Of a stretch of DNA of 64,000 nt, positions 1 through 12,044 are shown piece after piece. Position numbers and translations under genes: made by a program. Each line of letters opens with the position of its first letter. Positions within the stretch are counted from its first letter, which is position 1. Below the pieces are notes generated by a model. That model had not been told where the DNA came from. It ran no database searches and saw nothing but the letters and a program-made list of their open reading frames with translations. The stretch is from assembly GCF_006345805.1 (NCBI RefSeq), contig NC_042997.1, positions 79,794,001-79,858,000 of the forward strand, read 5' to 3'. Origin of the DNA: Octopus sinensis (Eukaryota).

Positions 1-428
1 AAAATTCTTTTCAACTCATAAAAATAATGTAACTATGATTTTGTCAATAAGACTGGCTAACTGACAAAGTACATTAACTGCCTCATTACATTTAGTTATG
101 TCACTCTAATCTTTATTTCCAATCTTGTAAGAACCATCAATGCTTTTACCCCAACATAATTTTAAGGAACTTAGAAACTTAGTAAAACTTGTTACGGATT
201 TTGATTCTTGGTTAAAATATCTTGTTGATTATGGAGAGAATGAAGTATTCATTTACTAAATCCTTTTGTCTTTGATCCATTGCATCAATGAGAAAACTTT
301 TTTCCCCCAACTAAATTTAAAAAGTCTTTGCTGTAATTATCTCCCTTGTATTTCATAGTATTTCTTCTCACTTCATAAATTGTAAATTTTATTCCTACAA
401 GCGCTAAATCAATTTTCCTACTTTTCAG

Positions 429-474
429 TCTTTTTTCAGTGTTGTGGATTCTTATTTTAGCTGGACTTTTACAA
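429..474 (+). CDS. TMBIM4: TMBIM4/Lifeguard-4 (GAAP, Bax inhibitor-1 family) penultimate coding exon, 46 nt
   Basis: Acceptor cttttcag (421-428) and donor gtaagt (475). After one phase base it reads LFSVLWILILAGLLQ and ends in phase 0, joining in frame to the 8680 exon. Resembles the LFALLWILCLSGFLK segment of vertebrate TMBIM4 (recalled, not aligned). Confidence 0.85.
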
Positions 475-1619
475 GTAAGTACCCTTTATGTTTATACTAT
501 TAATATTCATTGACTCTTACTCCTCTTTTCATTACCATCACCTGTTTAATATACACTGAATAACTTTACATATTTTCCAAATCGGTCATTTAAATTATTC
601 CTATTAATGATTGATTTTTTTTAAGCTAGTTATAACGTTCTCCTTTTCTTTTACTGGTTTCTCCAGCATATTCTCTTTTAATCCAAAACAGCTGATGCAC
701 CTGCTCAAATGCAAACCTTTTACTTTTTATGCTTCCTATATCTAAATATATTAGACATTTTGTTCCTTTTCTGGCTTTATGGTAGTGATCTCTGCAACCT
801 TTTCCAATCTATCTCTTTGCATTTATGTTTATGTTAGCAATAGTATTCTCCACCGCATGACTTATTGGCTAGACCTTGCACTAGCCACAGTTTTAGTCTG
901 GTCTGTAGTCTTCAACTGGTTGGCTCATAAAATATACCAGTTTTCCACTATGTTATAAATAATGATATTGTCCCCCACCTTTTGCCATAAATGTCATCTT
1001 GTATTTATACATTTAAATGCATTAACACTCACACACACATATTTTTTTTGTCACTACTTTCACTGATTTCCATGACTCTGTCACCATCCAATTCCATTAT
1101 TATGAATTTGAATTGGGAGCTTGAGTCATAGTGAATCTTTCATTGGCTGATTACACAACCATGGACACACCCCTATGAATGTGTTGCAGTTACTTGATAG
1201 AGCTTGGTGTTCCTGACCATTGACCTAGGATTCCTCCACTCAGCATTAATTTAAGAAGCATCATTGGCTCAGTTGAGCTCTTCTGCTACCTCTTCACAAT
1301 CTGCCATGCTGCAGTCCCATGACTTTGCCATATCCCTGACAGAGTAGCTGAACAGATGCTATGCCTTGCTAAAGGGCAGCCCATAACTATGCAGTCTACA
1401 GTCATCATTCCTGAGGTATTTTCAAATACCTGATCTTTCCTCCTGTAAGATTCAATTCTACCTTCACTTTAAATATATGTCATAATGTGACTTGATATCA
1501 GTTGTTTGCTTCTTTATCCTTTTATTCTATTTTACACTTACCTGCTCAATTGAAACACTGCCTGTAGCCAATCGTTGTTCAGCAGCTATAACATCCCTCT
1601 GCTTTTTAGTTGCAGTGTA

Positions 1620-1860
1620 AATTGGAGTTTAATGTGACCTCGTGTGTACCGTTGGCGATTTTTTTTTTCCTCTGTCTTCCCTTCTCTGGATCTTTCCTTC
1701 TCCTATGTTTCCGACAAAGAGCTCCGCTCAAAACGTTAAACCCTCCTTCTTTCCTTCTTTCCTGAGCATCCAATAATACTATATTTGTTCCACGTCCTCG
1801 CGTTGTTGTGTTTTTTTGTGTTTTCTTGTTTGGATTAACTTTATATATATATTTATATAT
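1620..1860 (+). mobile_element. Penelope-like element terminal-repeat (pLTR) fragment with decayed hammerhead
   Basis: Near-identical to 11825-12000 and 19116-19310; the last is fused to a Penelope ORF N-terminus. HHR position reads CCGACAA...CAAAA (CpG-decayed). Confidence 0.65.
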
Positions 1861-1864
1861 ATAT

Positions 1865-2241
1865 ATCATCATCATCGTTTAACGTCCGTTCTCCATGCTA
1901 GCATGGGTTGGACGGTTCGACCGGGGGATCTGGGAAACCAGAAGGCTGCACCAGGCTCCGGTCTTATCTGGCAATGTTTCTACAGCTGGATGCCCTTCCT
2001 AACGCCAACCACTCCGTGAGTGTAGTGGGTGCTTTTTACGTGCCACCTGCACTGGTGCCAGGCGAGGCTGGCATCGGCCACGGTCGGATTGGTGCATTTT
2101 ACGTGCCACCTGCACTGGTGCCAGGCGAGGCTGGCATCGGCCACGGTCGGATTGGTGCATTTTACGTGCCACCTGCACGGAAGCCAGTCGAGGCGGCACT
2201 GGCTTCGGCCACGATTCGGATGGTGCTTTTTATGTGCCACC
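1865..2241 (-). mobile_element. RTE-LINE 3' UTR fragment with (GAT)n tail and internal 63-bp tandem repeat
   Basis: Reverse complement of the 3' UTR that follows the RTE ORF at 26318-26975. Contains three 63-bp units starting at 2028, 2091 and 2154. Confidence 0.75.
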
Positions 2242-2481
2242 GATATATATATATATATATTATATATATATATATATACAGTAAATGAAGTATAAGGATT
2301 TCAGTCCTCACCTCTTGTGTATATAAATACATACTGAAAGTAACAGAAATTAAACTAATAGATATAGATACATAATGAAAGTAATTGAAATTGAAACCAT
2401 GTAATAGTGAAAGAACCTGACTTGTGTATGATCACATATGTAAGTGTGTATGGATGTACGTATATATATATATATATATTG

Positions 2482-3351
2482 TTATATATGAGGATAATAT
2501 CGATATTTAAGTGTCGAAATTATCAAGTGGCCAGCATGAAAGAAATACCTTACAAAGGTGAAAAAAATTTTTAACAATTAAAAATGAGGGTGTCTAAAAG
2601 ACACCAACATGCCGAAATAGCAGTCGAAACTCTGACTATAAAACCACGTTAAATGTTCATATCGCACCATGAGGTAAAACGGTAAAGCTTATTTAAAGCA
2701 GAACCAGAAATCCTTGGATCTTGAATTATTCAATAATTTTTGCTTGTATGTTTTGTCCCTCCGCTTTACCTCATGGTGCGATATGAACATTTAACGTGGT
2801 TTTATAGTCAGAGTTTCGACTGCTATTTCGGCATGTTGGTGTCTTTTTAGACACCCTCATTTTTAATTGTTAAAAATTTTTTTCGCCTTTGTAAGGTATT
2901 TCTTTCATGCTGGCCACTTGATAATTTCGACACTTAAATATCGATATTATCCTCATATATAAATTTATATAATTCGTTATTATATTCACTGCGGTGCTTA
3001 TTTTAACCATATCGTATTTATGCGGTGATTTGGCGGGCGATTCAAACTGGCTGTGTCCATACGTGCATATGTATGTATGTACGGCGCTCGTATATGTAAG
3101 TATATCGTTTGCTGTGCATATATATATCTGTATTTATGTACCCTTGATATATTCAATTGATGACGGTAAAGCTTATTTAAAGCAGAACCAGAAATCCTTG
3201 GATCTTGAATTATTCAATAATTTTTGCTTGTATGTTTTGTCCCTCCGCTTTACCTCATGGTGCGATATGAACATTTAACGTGGTTTTATAGTCAGAGTTT
3301 CGACTGCTATTTCGGTATGTTGGTGTCTTTTAGACACCCTCATTTTTAATT
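2482..3351. repeat. Fold-back element: 201-bp inverted arms plus a direct partial duplication
   Basis: 2482-2682 is the reverse complement of 2761-2962 (about 3 differences). 3163-3351 directly repeats 2679-2868. Flanked by (TA)n. Confidence 0.9.
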
Positions 3352-3353
3352 AT

Positions 3354-3420
<67 letters not shown>

Positions 3421-3425
<5 letters not shown>

Positions 3426-4415
3426 CCTCAAGTGTCTGGGAGATCCTTAGTAGTAGTAGATAACTTGCATTGTCTAGGTGACAAAGTTAGTAGTGGAGGA
3501 GGAAGTTTTGAAAGCGTAGTTGCTTGAATAAGAAAAGGCTGAACAGCGTTCAGAGTGCTACTAATTTTGTAGGTAACAAAAGGCCTGTATCAAAGAGTGA
3601 AAGGCAGATTATATGATGCCTGTGTATGTTCAGCTCTGCTATATGGTAATGAAGCTTAGACTATGACTACTGAAGCCAAGCAAAGGCTTGAAACAAATGA
3701 AACCAGCATATTCCACTGGGTGGATAATGTCAGTGTTCATTAACAGCAGAATGCAAATAATTTGAGAGAAAAATTGGGTATAAGAAACATCAGTTGTAAT
3801 GTGCAAGAGAGCAGGCTGCACTGGTATGGTCATGTGATGCATGTGGATGAGTACAGCTACTTAGAGAAGTGCCAATCTCAAATTGTGGCGGGAATGTGTG
3901 GAAGGGATAGACCTACGAAGACATGAATTGAAATAGTGAGAAAGGATCTTCAGATGTTAAGCCTCACAAGAAATGACAAGGGACCAAGGCTTCTGGTGGT
4001 TTGCTGTGCTTGTGAAGACACATGAAGCTAAGTAAAACTGTGGTTGTCCATACATACAGGTACATCCTCTACATCCCTCTCTCACCCTTGAGGACTCTTG
4101 GGTGCTGGTTACATAAAAAGCACCCATGTCAGTGCCACTTACAAGCACCTGTGCTGGTGTCACGTAAAAGCACCCATACCAGTGCCATGTAAAAGTTCCC
4201 ATGCTGGTGTGACATAAAAATGCTTTTGCTGGTGCCACATAAAAAAAAAACACCCTGTCCACTCTGTGAAATGGTTGGCGTTAGGAATGGCATCCAGCCA
4301 CAGAAACCATATCAAAATAGAAGATTGAAACCTGGGCAACTGCCCAGCTGGCCAGTTCCTGTCAAACCATCCCGCTCATACCAACATGGAAAGCAGATGT
4401 TAAAAGATGATGTGT
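3421..4415 (+). mobile_element. Decayed RTE-type LINE, 3' part of ORF plus 3' UTR
   Basis: Degenerate match to the RT C-terminal region of the 25661-26317 copy, followed by gcacgtaaaaagcacc-type repeats and a decayed gatg tail. Confidence 0.75.
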
Positions 4416-5092
4416 GGGTGGGAGTGTTTGCATGTACTCTTGTCTGGACATGTAATAGTTGTAAATAAATATGACCTTGCTTGGAAACAGATGAGGATTG
4501 TGTCAGGAAGTGCATCCAGCCATAAAAAATCTGCCCCAATAAATTCCGTCTGACCCTAGCAAGCATGGAAAATAATGATGAAGATAAATTTGTAAACTTT
4601 TATTCAATATTAGTGTTCTTGAAAACATACATTTAAATTGCATCACAAAATGACAATCAAGAAAACAATCAGATACCTGAAATATCAAAATTATTCGATA
4701 ATTGAATGGTTTCACTGATAAGTCACATGCTGGTGTGAAATAAAGTGCTGAATTAAGCATACCACCCAAGTCTCTTCAGACACACCCAATCTTCACCATT
4801 ACTCTTCCACCCTTCCCCACCAAATAGACACAGAACTGCTCACATACCCCAATCAACCTTCTCATTAGTCAAAATTGGTAAACAGCCCTCAGTTAAACAT
4901 CCATTAATGCTACTTTTCCCAAAGAAATGAATGCATAAACATGATCTACCCAATGTCCATGGATACTACAAACTGTATTGTAATCATCCCAGAAATATGG
5001 ACTATGATCTTAAGAAACATGCAATTTGTGAAAACAAGCATTGTGATGCATTAAAATATTTATAAATTCCATCCAAGGATTATTATTGTTAT

Positions 5093-5143
<51 letters not shown>

Positions 5144-5184
5144 CAGAGTAGGATATAGCCTAGTCATCCATATAGTTTAATCAG

Positions 5185-6390
5185 GTTATCCATGAGGGAG
5201 TCATAGCTAACGATTGGTGTAGCAGCAATATAGGCAACTTTTACAAAGGCAAAGGTGATACTTTAGACAGAATTAATTACAGAGGCTTCAAATTGCTGGA
5301 CCAAGTGATGAATGTCACAGAAAGGGTCACAGCTCAATTAATGAGGAAGTATAGACGAGATGCAGTTCGGATTTGTGCCAGGCTGGAACACAACTGATGC
5401 TATATTCCTGGTTAGGCAACTGCAAAAGTATTTAACCCAAAGTAAACCTCTGTACCTGGCTTTTGTAAATATGGAGAAAGCCTTTGACAGAGCCCCCCCC
5501 CCCACTCCTTTATCTAGTGGTCAATGTGAAAGCTAGGTATAGATGAGTGGTTAGTTAGAGCGGTACAAACCATGTACAGAGAGGTTGCCAGTAAGGTGAA
5601 GATTGGCAACAAGTATAGCAATGAATTCAATGTACAGTTAGGAGTTCACCAAAGCTCAGTTCTCAGCCCCCTCTTGTTTATCTTTGTCCTATGGGACTTT
5701 ACAAAGGAATTCAAGACTGGCTGTCCCTGGGAGCTCCTCTACACTGATGACCTAGTTCTTATAGTTGACTCACTACCTGATCTAGAGAAGAAATTTCAAG
5801 TGTGGAAACAAAACCTGGAATCTAAGGGCCTGAGAGTTAATCTAGCAAAAATTAAAGTCCTAATAAGTAGGAAAACAGACAAATCACAAGTCCCTTCTGG
5901 GAGATGGCCTTGCTTAATATGTAAGAAGGGTATTGGTAGGAACTCCATACGTTGTACCCAGTGCAAGCTTTGGACACATAAGAGGTGTAGCAGTACCAAA
6001 AGAAGGCTAATGGAGAATATGGTCTTTGTGTGTGGTAAATATGCTGGTACAATAAGCACTAAAAATGCACAGACAATTGACACCCTCAAATGCTTGGGAA
6101 AATCATTACAAGTAGTAGACAGCTTTTGTTACCTAAGAGACCAACTTAGCTATGGTGGAGGAAGTTCTGAAAGTATAGTTACTAGATTAAAAACAGGCTG
6201 GGCAAAGTTCAGAGAGCTCCTACCTTTGTTGGTAACTAAGGGCCTCTCTCTCAAAGTGTAAGTCAGATTGTACAATGCCCTTGTATGTACAGCTATGTTA
6301 CAGAGCAGTGAAACATAGGCTTTGACTACAGAGGACTTGCGAAGGCTTGAAAGAAATGAAGCTAGCATACTCTGCAGATTGTGTGCAGTG
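5185..6390 (+). mobile_element. RTE-type LINE reverse transcriptase fragment (pseudogenised)
   Basis: ORF 5572-6261 has GVHQSSVLSPLLF and ELLYTDDL (RT motifs; YADD variant), the Cys/His finger and DSFCYLRD. Confidence 0.9.
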
Positions 6391-8679
6391 TAACCACCCT
6401 GATATGGTCTTATGATCATAATAGATGCAGAAGTACTATAGGAAATGTTATTAACCTTGAAATAATGAATGCACATAATATTAAAAAAATTAAAACTGAC
6501 ATGAGATAAGTAGTGTCTCTTGAAATCAGCAGAGGACCTAATTTGTATTTTAGTCAAATTCTGGTGCTTAGTATATCAACAATGCATCAATGACATTTTA
6601 TTGCAAGCAATGATCACCCAGAGGACAATTGTTGGGTACGCTACACTTACAATTATTTGTATCATGTTAAATTACCATTAGCTTCTTATTTTTGTTGTTA
6701 ATATTCAAGTTCATTTCCATGTTTATAGTATTATCTATACTATTAATGCAGTTATTATAATGAATTATTATTATCCTTATTATTACTATTAACACAAATA
6801 TTGTTATCTTTAATCTCATTACTATTGGGATGATTATTATTGTTGTAGTAGTAGCAATAGCAGCTGTGCCAATGATGATCATTAATCTTCTTCAATATAG
6901 CCTTGACAACTGTTTTATAATTCTTGTTAAGTTCCTTACTAATAGGAGTCATTATTGTTTAATCCTGGAAACAATCTTTGATAGTTTCTTTTAATAGGGG
7001 CTTGAATGCTTGAAATTTTTATTTTCTTAATCATTGACAGTAGATGTATATAAATTACATGTGTGTATAAATTTCTGATGCTTCACCATGAAGCATTAAA
7101 TTACTGAACCCAATACATAAATGTTGACAATTCTTTTATATATTATAACTGATGTTATAATTGCCAGTGTATATGCATACACGTGTGTGCGTGTGTGTAT
7201 ATCTTTCTAAAGATACATACTTAGGCAGACAGATAGACCAATCAATCCTCATCATCACCATCATTGTTTGTTCACTTTCTATATTGGCATGAATTGGATG
7301 GTTCAACAGACTCCAACATTATGTTCCAGTGTCTGTTTTTGATGGTTGGTATGGCTTGAAGTACTTCCTAATGTTAACCACTTTACATAGTGGTGGACTG
7401 AGTACTTTGTCACGGCACAGCTCCTTTGAGGTTGCCTGAAACTGTCAAGACTTTAAGAGCCTTTATAATGGAAAGTAGAATAGGAGAGAGAGACAGACAG
7501 AGAGATAGGTGTGGGGAGTGCTAACTTTAGGTGGGGTACATAGAGGGAATGATGACAGGAACAGATTTATTGTTGTAAGAGAGAAGTAGTTGAAAGATTA
7601 ACAACGTATTCTATATTCCCTGCACAATATTAAGGTAGAAGTACAGAGGTGGTGAGGAATAGTGTGAGGCATTAATGAAAAAGAGAGCAACTGAATAGTA
7701 AGGGTGATGGAGTGGGTTGTGTGGGGAGAGGAATCCAATGTTATCCCACATTATAAGAGCAAATATGGTTAGATGTGAGTGGAAGAGAATGTGAGATAGG
7801 GACAGAGATGAGAGTGGCAAGAATCCAGAGAAAGTTTATGATAGAAAGAGATGAGAGGGTATTGAGATAATGGAAAAAACTGGTGAGCAGACAGTCAGAG
7901 AAAGAGAGGAGGGAAGCAATGTATGATTGTAGTAAGAGCATTGAGAGAAAAGCTGGAGAATATTGACATAGAAGTGTTAGAGAGTGAAGGTGAATGCAGT
8001 GGAAGCATCCAAGGTGGGGACTGAGCATGAATGCAGCAGAAACATTAAAAGCTTGGTGGTTATATACCATTAAAGTGATCTGGATGATCTTTCTTCATAG
8101 CCCAGATTTTGACTCTATAAAAAAGAATGCTCTCTGATCCTGCCCTCAAAAAGGCTGGCTTTCTTGACTTTAAAATACTTGATTGTTAGATGTTTTGAAG
8201 CAAGCCTAGTTTCTTGTAACAGACATTTTTACTGTAGTAAAACCACCTTGAGTTGTGTGCTGTCTCTGGGACAGATTGACAGGTGGCTTTCATCTTCATT
8301 AATCCTCAGGTATTCAGTCTTCTTTGTATTGAGAGATAGACCAACTCTGACTTCAGCATTCTTGAGGGTGGGTAAGTTTTGTATATTACACAGTTAAAGA
8401 GCTGGGTGCCTCCTTGAAAGACTCCTCTTGTTAGAAACACACACACCAGTCTAAAAAAGCAGTTTGATCGAAAAATGCTATCAAGTTATACACATTAATA
8501 TGTACACACACACACACACACATTATCAAATATGTTCAAAATTGCTATAAATTTTCAGTCACAAACTTCAGTAAACTATTTATAATTACACTTTTATATT
8601 TGAATTGATTAGACAATGGCTATCAACCAGTCATAAGTTTGGTTAAAAATAAATATTTGTAATATTTTCTTTATTTTAG

Positions 8680-8883
8680 ATATTCTTCCAGAGTGAAATG
8701 ATTGACAAACTGTTGGCTATTGGAGGTGCAATTGTCTTCTCACTGTTTATTGTCTTTGATACTCACATGATGATGCACAAGTTGTCAGCTGAAGAATACA
8801 TTGTAGCTTCTATCAATCTCTATTTGGATATCATCAATCTGTTTCTATACATCTTACGTATACTCAATGATAATCGAAAATAA
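8680..8883 (+). CDS. TMBIM4: TMBIM4/Lifeguard-4 terminal coding exon
   Basis: Acceptor ttctttattttag ends at 8679. Reads IFFQSEMIDKLLAIGGAIVFSLFIVFDTHMMMHKLSAEEYIVASINLYLDIINLFLYILRILNDNRK*. The F-I-x-F/Y-D-T, EEY and LYLDIINLF motifs are the BI-1/TMBIM C-terminal signature, and HKLSxEEY fits TMBIM4. Confidence 0.9.
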   Translation: MFFQSEMIDKLLAIGGAIVFSLFIVFDTHMMMHKLSAEEYIVASINLYLDIINLFLYILRILNDNRK

Positions 8884-8967
8884 ATATCAACTTCCAATAA
8901 CAAGAGTTGCAATTTTTTTTTTCATTAATGAATTAAATTAATTAATCTAACAACCAGTTAAATAATG

Positions 8968-9036
8968 AATAAATTAAATACTGTTACTATTGAGTATTTT
9001 TCCATATATTATAATTTGTACTATATGCTAAATAAA
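8968..9036 (+). promoter_or_regulatory. Candidate polyadenylation signals of TMBIM4
   Basis: AATAAA at 8968-8973 and 9031-9036, 85-150 nt after the stop codon and followed by U/GU-rich sequence. Confidence 0.4.
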
Positions 9037-9227
9037 TGTGATTATTTCAAAATTTAACTTGTTGATGAATTTGTTACTGTGAATGCTTGTTTCCAACCTT
9101 GTGATTTTTGTATTCATGTCACTCTGCAACAACTTGGGCGAATGTCTTCTACTATAGTCCCAGGTCAGCCAAAACCTTGCGAGTGAATTTAGTTGATGGA
9201 AATTGAAAGAATCCCATCGGGCATGCC

Positions 9228-9362
9228 TGTGTTGTGGTAAGAAGATTGCTTCCCAGCCACATGGTTCTAGGTTCAGTCCTACAGCATGACACCTTGGGCA
9301 AGTGTTTTTTACTATAGCCTCAAGCCAAACAAAGCCTTGTGAGTGGAATTGAAAGAAGCCAT
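9228..9362 (+). mobile_element. tRNA-derived CORE-type SINE (octopus OR1-like)
   Basis: tgtggtaagaag...ggttcagtcc (B-box-like)...gacaccttgggcaagtg (CORE-like)...gaaagaagcc. Other copies at 40000-40131 (+) and 51315-51459 (-). Confidence 0.65.
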
Positions 9363-9547
9363 TTGTATGTGTGTGAGTATGGAACTTAGTGCAGCCTCCC
9401 AGCTTGCCAGTCGTCGGTCAAACCATCCAACCCATACCAGTATGGAAAGCAGAGGTTAAACGATGATTATATATATATGTGTGTGTGGAAAATAAACTTA
9501 CTTGGATATGGATGCATTGTGTTCAATTAAATAATATATATACTCAC

Positions 9548-9578
<31 letters not shown>

Positions 9579-10190
9579 TACATACAGGAAGTCACCAACG
9601 GTGCAAATAACATGAAATACGTAAACAAGGAAAAAAATGAGTGAAATATGTTAACACAAGCAAAAAATGGAAAACAGGACAAGTTAGCACTGAGAAAGGA
9701 CCCTTCATCAGTTGTGTTAACTTGTCCTGTTTTCCATTTTCTCCTTGTGTTTACGTATTGCACTATTGGTGATGTCCTGTACCTATATATGCATGTATAT
9801 AAATATATATATAGTTGAAATTTACTGAAAAACAAAAGATGACAGGTTTATAAACAACAAGCAGGTGTATCAGTTTGATGCTCAAGAAGGTGAGAAAGTC
9901 TTATGTTTTGAGCCTTCAACAAAAAGGAACACAAAGAAATAAAGAGAGAGAATTAAAAAAACTTGTGAAGTTATATATATATATATATATTATTTATTAT
10001 ATGCATGTGTGTGTTTATATATATATTCTTTTATATGTTTCGGCCTTGTGGTTGTGGCCAGGCTGGGGAGCCGCCATTATATATATGTGTTTATATATGT
10101 ATATATATAATTGTTAAACAGGACAGCAAACATTAAGGCAAGGCAAACATTTCAAGTCGTATAAAATATTATTATAGGCAGAATTTCAAA

Positions 10191-10250
10191 ATCTTACAGC
10201 TGTTTCTGGGATATCCTCGTGTATGGAATATTCTGTCATCAGAGACAAAT
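10191..10250 (-). ncRNA. Decayed minimal hammerhead ribozyme motif in a Penelope-like remnant
   Basis: Minus strand: tgtct-CTGATGA-cagaatattcc..ggatatccca-GAAA-CAGCTG-TA-agat. Core intact, but the stem II closing pair is mismatched. Confidence 0.55.
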
Positions 10251-10371
10251 AGGGAAAATGAGAATGGTATACATTAATGAGATGACGACATAGAGAAAGG
10301 GAATAAAAGAATAAGAAGTATATATATATATGTATACGTATATATGTATGCATATATATATATGTGTGTGT

Positions 10372-10423
<52 letters not shown>

Positions 10424-10544
10424 TATGTGTATATATACATATGTATATATGTATGCATAAATGTATATATATATATATACACATGTATGTATAAATATGC
10501 ATATCCATATATATACATATCTATATATATATATATAGGTTATG

Positions 10545-10576
<32 letters not shown>

Positions 10577-10577
<1 letters not shown>

Positions 10578-11165
10578 CATCATCATCGTTTAGCGTCCGT
10601 TTTCCATGCTAGCATGGGTTGGACGGTTCTACTGGGGTCTGTGAAGCCAGAAGGCTTCATCAGGCCCAGTCAAATCTGGCAGTGTTTCTACGGCTGGATG
10701 CCCTTCCTAACGCCAACCACTCCGTGAGTGTAGTGGGTGCTTTTTACGTGCCACCCACACAGGTGCCAGACAGAGCTGGCAAACGGCCACGAACGGATGG
10801 TGCTTTTTATGTGCCACCGGCACGAGGGCCAGGCGAGGCTGGCAACGGACACGAACGGATGGTGCTTTTTACGTGCCACCGGCATGAGGCCAGTCGGGGC
10901 GGCTCTGGCAACAGTCGCGAAACGGAAGGTTCTCTTACATGCCACCGGCACTGGTAACACATCTGCAATTTCCATTGATCGATTTCGATTCTGATCCTCA
11001 CTTGCCTCAACAGGTCTTCACAAGTAGAGTTTTGTGTCCCAAGAAGGGAAGGTATGCATACGTAGGCTGGCTCCATCCCATGTAGAAGGCCACGGGTTAT
11101 GGACTCACTTGTCCTGCCGGGTCTTCTCGCGCACAGCACACTTCCAGAGGTCTCGGTCTAGGATG
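10577..11165 (-). mobile_element. RTE-LINE 3' end (ORF tail plus 3' UTR with (GAT)n tail)
   Basis: catcatcatcgtttagcgtccg start, internal ggtgctttttacgtgcc repeats, and ends in the reverse complement of the DRDLWKxAVREKTRQ-coding sequence. Confidence 0.8.
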
Positions 11166-11299
11166 GAAGTTTTTTTACAGAAAAAAAAATGTAGCAGCAT
11201 ATTAAAATACCTTTAAGGTTAAAATTATAGACAAAAAAATAGTAAAAATTCAATTTTCGCAAGTGTTTACGAACTTTTGGGACAACCTAATATATATAT

Positions 11300-11301
11300 A
11301 T

Positions 11302-11332
<31 letters not shown>

Positions 11333-11740
11333 TGTAAACAATAAACAGATGTATTAGTTTAACACCCGTGAAGTAAGAAAGTCTTTTGCATTTCGAGCCT
11401 ACGCTCTTCGACAGAAATAAACACGAGAGAAAAGAGAAAAAGGTGTAGTGGCTAGCGATATATCATGGCGAATGCCGGACAGAGGGGTCACACAGGTGAG
11501 CTAGGAAGGAGGGATATAATAGAGTAGTGGTAATCCAAAAACGAAGGTGCATGCGTGTATGTGAGAGCATGTATGTTTGTATAGAAGGCCGCTGGTGACA
11601 CTGATGTGTGGATGATGGTGTAGGTGGTGGGAAGTGGTCAGTGCTAGTTTGTGTGATGTGGCAGTGTTGGGGTGGGGGGAAGCAAGGATAAGGTCTAAGG
11701 GACGGGATGTATAGGAATGGTAGGGGTGGGGTAACAAGGG
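11300..11740 (-). mobile_element. Penelope-like 3' remnant with decayed hammerhead
   Basis: Minus strand tttCTGTCGAagagc-gtag-gctcGAAAtgcaaaag at about 11385-11417 is an HHR-like scaffold with core substitutions. Flanked by (TA)n. Confidence 0.45.
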
Positions 11741-11885
11741 ATATATGTGTGTGTGTATATATATATATATACATATATGTGTGTGTGTGTGCGTATATAT
11801 ATGTATATATGTACGTGTGACAGCGTGTGTACTGTTGGCGATTTTTTCCTCCGTCTTCCCTTCTTTGGATATTTCTTTTTCCTAT

Positions 11886-11920
11886 GTTTCTGACGAAGAG
11901 CTCTGCTCGAAACGTTAAAC
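11886..11920 (+). ncRNA. Minimal type-I hammerhead ribozyme motif in a Penelope pLTR (11825-12000)
   Basis: gttt-CTGACGA-A-GAGC(tct)GCTC-GAAA-CG-TT-aaac. Stem I gttt/aaac, stem II GAGC/GCTC, palindromic AACGTT stem III; one extra A after the core. Confidence 0.65.
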
Positions 11921-12044
11921 CCTCCTTCTTTCCTGAGCGTCCAATAATACTATACTTGTTCCATGTCCTCGCGCTGTTGTGTTTTCATGTTTGGATTAAC
12001 TATATATATATATAAATATATATGTGTGTGTGTGTGTGTATGTA

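Noticed and set aside
2586-2645. ggtgtc-taaaa-gacacc hairpin followed by two GAAA motifs as a hammerhead in the 2.5-kb fold-back
   Set aside because: No CUGANGA-like core at the right position and no valid stem III.
10030-10075. Minus-strand ggcc...ggccGAAAcat half-hammerhead
   Set aside because: The catalytic CUGANGA half is absent.
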